Below are positions 1 to 7,563 of a stretch of DNA of 16,873 nt, piece by piece. This DNA comes from a candidate division WOR-3 bacterium (GTDB taxonomy: Bacteria; Hydrothermota; Tepidihabitantia; Tepidihabitantales; Tepidihabitantaceae). Numbering within the stretch: the stretch's first letter is position 1; every line of letters starts with the position of its first letter. Both the position numbers and the translations under genes were made by a program. The stretch covers positions 1 through 16,873 of the forward strand of contig JBDRUH010000030.1 of assembly GCA_039801225.1 (NCBI GenBank), given 5' to 3'. Below the pieces are notes generated by a model. It was not told where the DNA came from and did no database searches. It saw only the letters and a program-made list of their open reading frames with translations.

Positions 1-639
1 TCTGTGGACGGAAGTGTTAAATGGGTTGCTCGGTACGACGGTCCAGTTCACGGACCCGATGGTGGACTTGCGATAGCCGTAAGTGAAAGTGGCGATGTCT
101 ATGTAACTGGAAGCACTTGGGGAGGCACAACGAAAAAGGAGGACTGCGTTACCATCCGCTACTCGGCGCAGGGAGAAACGATGTGGGTGAGACGTTACAG
201 CAGTCCATACGCCGTTGCCGAATATATGAGTGAGTTAGCGCTGGGTCCAAACCAGGAGGTGTGTGTTGCCGGTACAGCATACGACACTTTAGATAATTCC
301 GACATACTTGTGATTAAGTATGTGCAGGGTGGTGGGGTTGAGGAGGGCAAGACGGAAAAAGTTACAGACTTGACCTTTACGGCAAAGCCCAATCCGTTCA
401 AAAGGCTAACCGCAATCAGCATACCGCTCTCAGCTGAAGAGAAGACAAAGGTAGAGATATATGATGTTTCCGGTCGGCTGGTTAAGAGATTGGTTGATGG
501 GCTATTGCCGGCTGGTGTTTACTCTTTTGTTTGGGATGGAACCGACATCAATGGTCGCCGTGTCCCAGCAGGTGTTTATATATTTGTGCTTTCAACCCAA
601 GACACAATAAAAACAACCAAGGTTACAATGCTGGAGTAA
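1..639 (+). CDS. C-terminal part of a secreted beta-propeller (SBBP-like repeat) protein with a C-terminal FlgD-Ig / T9SS-type-A-like sorting domain; 5' truncated by the window
   Basis: Frame open from base 1. Repeats WVARYDGP..AIAVSESGDVYVTGST..CVTIRY and WVRRYSSP..LALGPNQEVCVAGTA..ILVIKY, linker GVEE, then PNPF..VEIYDVSGRLVKRL..G.YSFVWDGTD..G..VPAGVYIF, typical of the FlgD-Ig/secretion C-terminal domain. Stop TAA 637-639. Confidence 0.8.
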   Translation, partial: SVDGSVKWVARYDGPVHGPDGGLAIAVSESGDVYVTGSTWGGTTKKEDCVTIRYSAQGETMWVRRYSSPYAVAEYMSELALGPNQEVCVAGTAYDTLDNSDILVIKYVQGGGVEEGKTEKVTDLTFTAKPNPFKRLTAISIPLSAEEKTKVEIYDVSGRLVKRLVDGLLPAGVYSFVWDGTDINGRRVPAGVYIFVLSTQDTIKTTKVTMLE

Positions 640-654
640 TGAGAGAAAGCAGTG

Positions 655-3600
655 ATGGAACACAACGTCTCTGTAGTAACAGCGGTGGTTTTGGTCTTTG
701 CCTTGTCCGCATTTGCCCAGGTTGCCGGACCGGAGGATATGGTGAAGGGGATGGCTTTTGTTCGGGAGCCATCAGGAGTCCATTACGACTCGCCTGAAGC
801 TCGGGTGTCTCTTGAGAAGCTGAAGAGTTCTGTAAAACCAAACTGGGTGGTGATTGTTCCTGTGTGGTGGCAGAGGGATACCGGTTTAAGTGTTTCTGAG
901 GTCTACTTCTGGCCGGACTCCTCACCTTCAGATACCGAATTACGTCAGGTGATTATGCAGGCACATAACTCAGGTCTTAAGGTATTTCTCAAACCCGAGG
1001 TGCGCTGCTCAACCCGCGTCTGGATTGGCAGACACCATCCAAGTTTCTACTGGTTTCAGTCTTATTTTCAGTTCATAACCCACTATGCCCAACTCGCTGA
1101 AAGCACAGGTTGTGAACTCTTTTCGGTTGGTTGTGCTTTGGACAGTGCGGCTGATGACACCTTGGAACAGAACTGGTGGAGAAATATTATCCGAAATGTT
1201 AGGGAGAGATATTCCGGTCCAGTTACCTATTCTGCAGACTGGCGCACATATCGGAATATCGGTTTCTGGGACTCTCTTGACTATATCGGCATAAACGCCT
1301 ACTTTCCGGTTTGGGACATCACAACAGGGGTTGAACTGGATTCGGTCAGTGCCTTTTCGGAAATGTGGAAGAGAAGATGGGTGCCACAGATAGACAGTTT
1401 CTGGCGTGGGTTAGGATATGCAACACCTAAGCCGGTGATATTTACCGAAATCGGCTATCGGAGCGTCATGGGTGCTTGTTTGTACCCATGGGATGAGACC
1501 ATGTACAGTTCCTTTAACGAATATGAACAGCGGTGTTGTTACATTGCGGCACTGCACTCCCTTTTGGGTAGACCCTGGTTTGCTGGCTGGTTCTGGCACT
1601 GTTGGACAACAGACACACTCCAAGGTGGCTATGGTGATTTGGGTTATACTCCAAAAGGCAAGATGGCGCAGGAGGTGCTCAGGCGCTATAACTCAACCAT
1701 CTCCTCACATAAGGGGTTCTGCTTTCCCAGCACCTACGACTATACCTATTTTTACCCTGACGCCTATTATGCCCTTGAGTCGCTTGTTGCCCACAACGCC
1801 AACTGGGTGGCGGTAAACGCCCGCTGGATAATGGCGGACACAGGAGCAAATTACGACACCATCGCGCCTTATCATGGGCATTCACCCACCGATAGTTCAA
1901 TAAGGGCGGTGATTGACTCCGCTCACTCTCTTGGTCTGAATGTCTCATTATGTTGTTATATCTCCTGTTTTACCCCTGTGTGGTGTGGCTGGCACAATCC
2001 TGGGGGAAATACCAACTGGTTTCGGGATGAGTCGGTATATGTGAGCCATTATGCTCCCATTGCGGAACAGGAGAGTGTTGAGATGTTTACGATTGGGCTG
2101 GAACTTGACCGGGCGATAGACGATTCAGAAGAGGTGGGAATGTGGCGGAAGATGGTTATACCGGCGGTGCGGCGGGTCTATTCAGGTCCTTTGGTATATG
2201 GCTCTACCGCTGTTGGAGGGCGCTCCCCTTATTACTGGTTCTGGGACCCATTGGACCTCTGCGGAATCCATGCCTACTTCCAATTGTTTCCCGAGAAACA
2301 ATATCACGGAGACTACCCGGATGATACTATGGTCGACCAGAGACCAGACACACATGACCTGCGGACAAATCAATGGGGGCTTGGCTGGCAAGACTGCTGG
2401 ATTCCGCGGCTGGAGAGCCTTTCTGAAACGATTGAGAAGCCGATTCTCTTTACTGAGATTGGCTATCGCAGTTTAGACAGCATCGCCGCGCATCCCGCAT
2501 ATGACTACCGGTATGGCTGGAGAAACCCATATGCTATTGCTCCTCCGGCTACACAGAGAAATCTTCGTTCGGTCTGCTTTCCAATGGATACCCTCATAGG
2601 CTATGTGGTTGGCGATGTAGGCACAATCTTAAAAACAACAAACAGCGGTTCCACCTGGATAGCTTGTGCCTCTGGAACAAGTAACCACCTCCATTCGGTT
2701 GACTTTCCTACAAGAGATACCGGTTATGCGGTGGGCGAGAATGGGGTGATTCTTAAGACAACAAACGGCTGGGAAAGTTATGAAAATATCGGTGTTCCTG
2801 GAATGACCCTCAGTTATTACTCGGTCTGTTTTCCTGAGAACCCAAGCATCGGTTATGTTGTTGGCGACAGCGGTGTGATTCTTAAAACCACAAATGGTGG
2901 CAGTTCCTGGCAGAGGTTTTTTTGCATCCTACCTTCCGGTGATACTCTGCGGGTGCGGTTGCGCTCAGTCTGCCTGGTGCGGGAGATAAATGTTGTCCCG
3001 GCATCTATCGGCTATATTGTCGGTGAGAGCGGAACAGTCCTCAAAACCACCAATGCTGGGGAGTCCTGGTATAAGTTAACCGTTCCGGTAAGTGCCAATC
3101 TCAACGGGGTAGATTTTATCTCGCCCGACACCGGTTTTGTTTGTGGAGATTGGAATGTATTTCTGAAGACAACCAATGGTGGAACCTCCTGGGACACTTT
3201 TAGATTCCGACCTTATGAGGGGCGAGTGGAGTTTTACTCGGTATGTGTGCCGGAGTATGACTCGGCGCGGTTTGTTGTTGGAACAGGTGGTGTTATCCTC
3301 CGGGCGGGCAATGACTGGTGCTTTGATGGCAGCAGACAGCTTGGACCTACCTACAATGCCCTCCACTCAGTGCAGTTTCGGGTTGTTGAGAAAAAGCCCG
3401 GTTACTATGACCTGGTCGGATTTGCGGTTGGTGATTCGGGCACGATTCTCAAGGCATCAACCGGTGGCAGGATGATTGTTGACTTTAACGAGCAGGCGAA
3501 CTGCTATGAGGCGGCTTTTCGGGCTTTCTGGAAAGACCAAAATAACCCGAGTCCCTTTCCTTGGTTCTATGGTTTTCACTTCTGGAGATGGTTCCTCCAC

Positions 3601-3705
3601 CCGGAGCCGCTGGACATTGAGCACGAAGTTCAGATAGACGATGCTACCCCGCAGCAGAAGAGGGCGGGAGAAATTGTCCGCAAATGGTTCAACTGGTCTC
3701 GCTAA
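655..3705 (+). CDS. Secreted multidomain protein: signal peptide + GH113-like TIM barrel 1 + GH113-like TIM barrel 2 interrupted by a 7-blade Ycf48/BNR-like beta-propeller
   Basis: Signal-like N-terminus ending SAFA|QV (ATG 655; alternative GTG 652). GH113-type motifs occur twice: NWV, SPSD/SPTD..AH..GL.V, HYA..AE....E.F.(V/I)G, R..YSGP..Y, FWD.LD..GI.AYF, KP..FTEIGYRS, EQ..CY.AA, WF.G...W, TP..K.A...R. Seven SV.F...G..VG..G.ILKTTNGG.SW-type repeats lie at about 2518-3468. Confidence 0.85.
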   Translation: MEHNVSVVTAVVLVFALSAFAQVAGPEDMVKGMAFVREPSGVHYDSPEARVSLEKLKSSVKPNWVVIVPVWWQRDTGLSVSEVYFWPDSSPSDTELRQVIMQAHNSGLKVFLKPEVRCSTRVWIGRHHPSFYWFQSYFQFITHYAQLAESTGCELFSVGCALDSAADDTLEQNWWRNIIRNVRERYSGPVTYSADWRTYRNIGFWDSLDYIGINAYFPVWDITTGVELDSVSAFSEMWKRRWVPQIDSFWRGLGYATPKPVIFTEIGYRSVMGACLYPWDETMYSSFNEYEQRCCYIAALHSLLGRPWFAGWFWHCWTTDTLQGGYGDLGYTPKGKMAQEVLRRYNSTISSHKGFCFPSTYDYTYFYPDAYYALESLVAHNANWVAVNARWIMADTGANYDTIAPYHGHSPTDSSIRAVIDSAHSLGLNVSLCCYISCFTPVWCGWHNPGGNTNWFRDESVYVSHYAPIAEQESVEMFTIGLELDRAIDDSEEVGMWRKMVIPAVRRVYSGPLVYGSTAVGGRSPYYWFWDPLDLCGIHAYFQLFPEKQYHGDYPDDTMVDQRPDTHDLRTNQWGLGWQDCWIPRLESLSETIEKPILFTEIGYRSLDSIAAHPAYDYRYGWRNPYAIAPPATQRNLRSVCFPMDTLIGYVVGDVGTILKTTNSGSTWIACASGTSNHLHSVDFPTRDTGYAVGENGVILKTTNGWESYENIGVPGMTLSYYSVCFPENPSIGYVVGDSGVILKTTNGGSSWQRFFCILPSGDTLRVRLRSVCLVREINVVPASIGYIVGESGTVLKTTNAGESWYKLTVPVSANLNGVDFISPDTGFVCGDWNVFLKTTNGGTSWDTFRFRPYEGRVEFYSVCVPEYDSARFVVGTGGVILRAGNDWCFDGSRQLGPTYNALHSVQFRVVEKKPGYYDLVGFAVGDSGTILKASTGGRMIVDFNEQANCYEAAFRAFWKDQNNPSPFPWFYGFHFWRWFLHPEPLDIEHEVQIDDATPQQKRAGEIVRKWFNWSR
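2518..3468 (+). repeat. Seven coding repeats (about 40-50 aa each) of Ycf48/BNR (Asp-box-like) propeller blades
   Basis: GDVGTILKTTNSGSTW, GENGVILKTTNGWESY, GDSGVILKTTNGGSSW, GESGTVLKTTNAGESW, GDWNVFLKTTNGGTSW, GTGGVILRAGNDW, GDSGTILKASTGG. Confidence 0.85.
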
Positions 3706-3712
3706 CATCTAT

Positions 3713-3741
3713 TTGCCGTTCTTTGGGAATTTATGTATAAT
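3713..3741 (+). promoter_or_regulatory. Sigma70-type promoter for rpsF-ssb
   Basis: TTGCCG (3713-3718), 17 bp spacer, TATAAT (3736-3741); SD AAGGAGG at 3768-3774. Confidence 0.7.
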
Positions 3742-3779
3742 AATGAAAAATGGTTATGAGTTACTATAAGGAGGACAGT

Positions 3780-4121
3780 TTGAATAATTACGAAATGACA
3801 ATAATCTTTGACCCTAATTTCTCAGAAAAGGATGTGGCACGGGTGACCCAGGAACTCACTGGGCTACTCACCAACTTGGGTGCCCCGGTTATTTCAGAGA
3901 TCCGGAGCGAACGCCGAACATTCGCCTACCCGATCCGGAAACATAAAGAAGGAACATATCTCTTTATTCGCTTCCAGGGTCCACCGGCATTGCCGGAAAA
4001 GGTCCGCCAGGAACTGATGCATCGGGAAGAGATTCTTCGTCTGGCTTTCTTCCGCCTTCCCCCTACTCCACCACCAACAGAACTGGTAAACCAAGAAAAG
4101 GAAGGAGGAAATAATGGGTAG
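3780..4121 (+). CDS. rpsF: 30S ribosomal protein S6
   Basis: NNYEMTIIFDP..RRTFAYPIRKHKEGTY..EEILR S6 signature. The start is most likely TTG at 3780, 5 nt after AAGGAGG, rather than the ORF-track ATG at 3750. Confidence 0.93.
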   Translation: MNNYEMTIIFDPNFSEKDVARVTQELTGLLTNLGAPVISEIRSERRTFAYPIRKHKEGTYLFIRFQGPPALPEKVRQELMHREEILRLAFFRLPPTPPPTELVNQEKEGGNNG

Positions 4122-4608
4122 CCCGAACCGGGAATTTCCCGGAGAATCTCCTGAACCGAGCCGTGGAGGTGGGGTTCGGCTCGGGTATCTCAATAGCGTC
4201 ATACTTCTTGGTCGGCTTACCGCTGACCCTGACCTCCGATACACTCCAAAAGGTACACCAGTCTGCACATTCCGCATAGCAGTTAACCGTCGATTTCCAA
4301 ACAAAGACACCGGCGAATGGCAGGATGAAACTTACTTTTTTACTGTGAACATCTGGGCGCAACTCGCTGAACGGCTGGGTGAAAAATTGAGAAAAGGGTC
4401 GGCAGTGCTTGTTCAAGGGGAATTAAGGAGTCGTTCCTGGGAAACACCCACTGGTGAAAAAAGAGGCGCAGTGGAGATTTACGGACGAAGTGTCCAAGTC
4501 TTGGATAGAACTCCGGCTGTTGAAGAAATGGCAGAGATGCAACCAGAACCCCCTCTGGATGAAGAGCCCGACATTCCAAAGGACCAGTTAAATGACATAC
4601 CATTCTGA
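4114..4608 (+). CDS. ssb: Single-stranded DNA-binding protein with an N-terminal extension
   Basis: LNSVILLGRLTADPDLRYTPKG..F.IAVNR..W..LAE....L.KGS.V.V.GEL..RSW and acidic tail NDIPF; SD AAGGAGG upstream of ATG 4114; overlaps the rpsF stop. Confidence 0.96.
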   Translation: MGSPNREFPGESPEPSRGGGVRLGYLNSVILLGRLTADPDLRYTPKGTPVCTFRIAVNRRFPNKDTGEWQDETYFFTVNIWAQLAERLGEKLRKGSAVLVQGELRSRSWETPTGEKRGAVEIYGRSVQVLDRTPAVEEMAEMQPEPPLDEEPDIPKDQLNDIPF

Positions 4609-4668
4609 AGGAGGTAAAAATTTCACTTTACTTTTATTGGGTAATTTTTTGCTCATATTGGTCTAAAA

Positions 4669-4697
4669 TTGACAACGGACGGTTATTTTGGTATAAG
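4669..4697 (+). promoter_or_regulatory. Sigma70-type promoter for the rplM operon
   Basis: Perfect TTGACA (4669-4674), 17 bp spacer, TATAAG (4692-4697) preceded by TGn (extended -10); AT-rich tract upstream. Confidence 0.65.
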
Positions 4698-4707
4698 AAT
4701 AGTCATA

Positions 4708-5139
4708 ATGAAAATATCGGTTGCGAAAAAGAAAGAAATTAAAGAGGAATGGGTCTTAGTTGACGCCACTGGACAGGTTTTGGGGCGTCTTGCTTCTCGC
4801 GTTGCCCGAATATTACAAGGGAAGCATCGCCCTAATTATACCCCTCATATTGACTCAGGCGACCATGTTGTGGTTATCAACGCCGGTGCCATCAAATTGA
4901 GCGGCAACAAGTTTAAGGAAAAGGTGTATTACCGACACTCTACCCGTCCGGGAGGACTAAAATGGCAAACCTATCAGGAAATGGTGGCAAAATTCCCAAC
5001 CCGTCCTCTCCAGCTTGCAGTTCTCCGGATGTTACCCAAAAACCGCTTACAGGCAAAAAGGATTCGCCGGCTTCATATCTATGTTGGTTCTGAACATCCC
5101 CATCAAGCTCAGAACCCTAAGCCGATAAAATTTAACTAA
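4708..5139 (+). CDS. rplM: 50S ribosomal protein L13
   Basis: WVLVDATGQVLGRLASRVA..LQGKHRPNYTPHIDSGDHVVVINA..MLPKNRL..HPHQAQNP. Start ATG 4708; the ORF-track TTG at 4669 is the -35 box. Confidence 0.97.
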   Translation: MKISVAKKKEIKEEWVLVDATGQVLGRLASRVARILQGKHRPNYTPHIDSGDHVVVINAGAIKLSGNKFKEKVYYRHSTRPGGLKWQTYQEMVAKFPTRPLQLAVLRMLPKNRLQAKRIRRLHIYVGSEHPHQAQNPKPIKFN

Positions 5140-5140
5140 T

Positions 5141-5536
5141 ATGAAATCAAATTCAATATACTTTGCCACCGGCTCTCGAAAAACCGCTACCGCGAAAGTT
5201 CAACTGATTCCTGGGTTGAAAGAAGACACGGTAAATGGTAAACTTTTTTCTACCTATTTCGGACGAAACGACTTGGTTCAACTCGCCCTCGCCCCTTTAG
5301 AAATTACCGGCACCCGAGCTAACTTTGGACTAAAATGTGTAGTTCAGGGTGGCGGCATCTCTGCCCAGGCAGCAGCTATCTCCTTAAGTATTGCTCGGGC
5401 ATTACTTATGTATAATCCTGACCTTCGGAGCCAATTAAAATCGGCCGGATTTTTAAAACGCGACCCACGAGAGAAGGAAAGAATGAAATATGGATTAGCC
5501 AAGAGGAGAAAGAGATTTCAATGGACCAAACGTTAA
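5141..5536 (+). CDS. rpsI: 30S ribosomal protein S9
   Basis: [22 protein letters not shown]...[30 protein letters not shown]. Confidence 0.95.
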   Translation: MKSNSIYFATGSRKTATAKVQLIPGLKEDTVNGKLFSTYFGRNDLVQLALAPLEITGTRANFGLKCVVQGGGISAQAAAISLSIARALLMYNPDLRSQLKSAGFLKRDPREKERMKYGLAKRRKRFQWTKR

Positions 5537-6252
5537 CACTCAAACAACTCCTTGAAGCGGGGCTTCACTTTGGGCATCATGCCCGACGTTGGAATCCGAA
5601 GATGAAACCGTTTATATTTGGCAAACGGAATGGCATATTTATCATTGACCTGGAAAAGACGCTGGAAAGACTCCGCACCGCATATGATGTGGTGCGTTCG
5701 ATCACCGAGGCGGGCAAGGAGATAATATTTGTTGGAACTAAACCTCAAGCACGCCCGATTATTGAGGAGGAAGCAAAACGCTGTTCTTCTTGTTATGTTA
5801 CCGTCCGTTGGGTGGGTGGGCTACTGACCAATTTTGAGGTGGTCTCTACCCGGATTGCCCGTTTTGTAGAACTGGAGCGCCTGTTAACCAATACTCAACT
5901 CAATGCTACCAAAAAGGAGGCGCTGCGTCTTCAGCGAGAATATCAAAAACTTGCCAAGTTGTTTGCCGGATTACAACAATTAGACCGACTTCCCGGGGGA
6001 ATATTTGTTGTTGACCCGGTCCGTGAAGCTACTGCCGTAGCAGAAGCGCGACGAATGAAGATTCCGGTTATTGCCCTAATTGATACCAATGGCAACCCCG
6101 AACTGATTGACTATCCAATTCCTGGTAATGATGATGCCCTCCGCTCAATTAGACTGGTCACCAGCCTTCTTGCCAATGCGGTAATGGAAGGGAAAAAACA
6201 GTTTGAAACCGAGGGTACTCTTGAAGGACAAACCAACGAAGGAGGAGTATGA
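5521..6252 (+). CDS. rpsB: 30S ribosomal protein S2
   Basis: [68 protein letters not shown]. Confidence 0.97.
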   Translation: MDQTLTLKQLLEAGLHFGHHARRWNPKMKPFIFGKRNGIFIIDLEKTLERLRTAYDVVRSITEAGKEIIFVGTKPQARPIIEEEAKRCSSCYVTVRWVGGLLTNFEVVSTRIARFVELERLLTNTQLNATKKEALRLQREYQKLAKLFAGLQQLDRLPGGIFVVDPVREATAVAEARRMKIPVIALIDTNGNPELIDYPIPGNDDALRSIRLVTSLLANAVMEGKKQFETEGTLEGQTNEGGV

Positions 6253-6848
6253 ATAAACCGGTAGAAATGGCAAAAGTGGTTGAATTGCGCCGGCGAACTG
6301 GCGCCGGAGTGGTGGATTGTAAAACTGCTCTGGAGGAAAGTGAAGGTAATATAGAGCAGGCAATTGAAATTCTCCGGAAAAGAGGAATTGCTAAGGCAGC
6401 AAAAAAGGCCGAGCGTCCTACTGCCGCGGGAGTAATTGATGCATATATCCATCCTGGTGAACGATTGGGTGTCTTAATTGAAGTGGACACCGAAACAGAT
6501 TTTGTCGCCCGAAATCAGGAGTTCCGCCGTTTCGTCCGTGACTTAGCAATGCACATTGCCGCATGTGACCCGATTGCCATTGACCGTTCTGGAATTCCCC
6601 CAGAGACTCTGGAACAGGAACGCCGAATCTATGAGGAACAGGCGGCGCAATCAGGGAAGCCAAAAGCGGTTGTGGAAAAAATCGTCCAGGGAAAAATAGA
6701 GAAATTTTATGGTGAAGTCTGCCTTTTGGAACAACAGTTTGTTAAGGCACCCGAAAAAACGGTCGGGGAATACTTGAAAGAAAATATCGCCAAATTCGGC
6801 GAAAATATTATCATCCGGCGTTACGCCCGGTTCAAACTGGGTGAGTAA
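6249..6848 (+). CDS. tsf: Elongation factor Ts (short, about 200-aa form)
   Basis: [85 protein letters not shown] overlap with rpsB. Confidence 0.96.
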   Translation: MNKPVEMAKVVELRRRTGAGVVDCKTALEESEGNIEQAIEILRKRGIAKAAKKAERPTAAGVIDAYIHPGERLGVLIEVDTETDFVARNQEFRRFVRDLAMHIAACDPIAIDRSGIPPETLEQERRIYEEQAAQSGKPKAVVEKIVQGKIEKFYGEVCLLEQQFVKAPEKTVGEYLKENIAKFGENIIIRRYARFKLGE

Positions 6849-7563
6849 AGTTTATCAGCGAGTCCTACTTAAAATCTCCGGTGAATGTTTCTCTCACGAC
6901 AAATTATTTAACTCTGTTGTTACTCAAATTGCCCAGGTCGCCAAAAGTAAAACCAGAATTGCCGTAGTTATTGGTGGTGGCAATATCATCCGAGGTAGAA
7001 CCGCCCGAATCGGGTGCCTCGACCCGACGAGGGTCGATTCGACTAACCAAATTGACCCAATCGCAGCCGACCGAGCAGGAATGCTTGCCACCATTATCAA
7101 CGGAATTAAACTTGCCGACACATTACAAAAATATTCAACGCCGGTAGAGCATTTCGCCGCATTTGCGGTAGGTGATTTTATCCAAACTTATAACAACGAG
7201 CGCGCCCAAGAAAGCCTTACGGCAGGTAAAGTCCTTGTCCTCTCCGGTGGTACCGGCAACCCCTTCTTTTCTACCGATTCTGCTGCGGCACTGCGTGCCG
7301 TTGAACTCAAAATGGATATCATTCTTAAAGGCACCCGGGTGGGCGGCGTATTTTCTGCTGACCCGGAAAAGAATCCGAAAGCTCGGCTTTATAAACGGTT
7401 AACCTATAAAGAAGCGCTGGCAAAAGGATTGGCGGTAATGGACCTGACCGCATTTGCCTTGTGTCAAACCCACCGCCTGCCTATCATTGTATTTGATATC
7501 ACCCAACCAGGGGCTATCCTAAAAGTCATCAGAGGTGAGAAAATCGGGAGTTATATATGTTAG
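6841..7563 (+). CDS. pyrH: UMP kinase
   Basis: RVLLKISGE, VVIGGGNIIRG, D..GMLATIIN, GGTGNPFFSTDSAAALRA, ADP.KNP.A, L.VMD.TA; GTG start overlapping the end of tsf. Confidence 0.96.
   Translation: MSKVYQRVLLKISGECFSHDKLFNSVVTQIAQVAKSKTRIAVVIGGGNIIRGRTARIGCLDPTRVDSTNQIDPIAADRAGMLATIINGIKLADTLQKYSTPVEHFAAFAVGDFIQTYNNERAQESLTAGKVLVLSGGTGNPFFSTDSAAALRAVELKMDIILKGTRVGGVFSADPEKNPKARLYKRLTYKEALAKGLAVMDLTAFALCQTHRLPIIVFDITQPGAILKVIRGEKIGSYIC

Noticed and set aside
2518..3468. Periodic DNA similarity suggestive of a CRISPR array or tandem repeat
   Set aside because: Repeats are degenerate, in frame and vary at synonymous sites; they are protein propeller blades.
3750..3779. ORF-track ATG start for rpsF at 3750
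   Set aside because: The strong SD at 3768-3774 points to TTG 3780, which matches the normal S6 N-terminus.
4669..4707. ORF-track N-terminal extension of L13
   Set aside because: The TTG is part of the TTGACA -35 box; ATG 4708 gives a normal-length L13.
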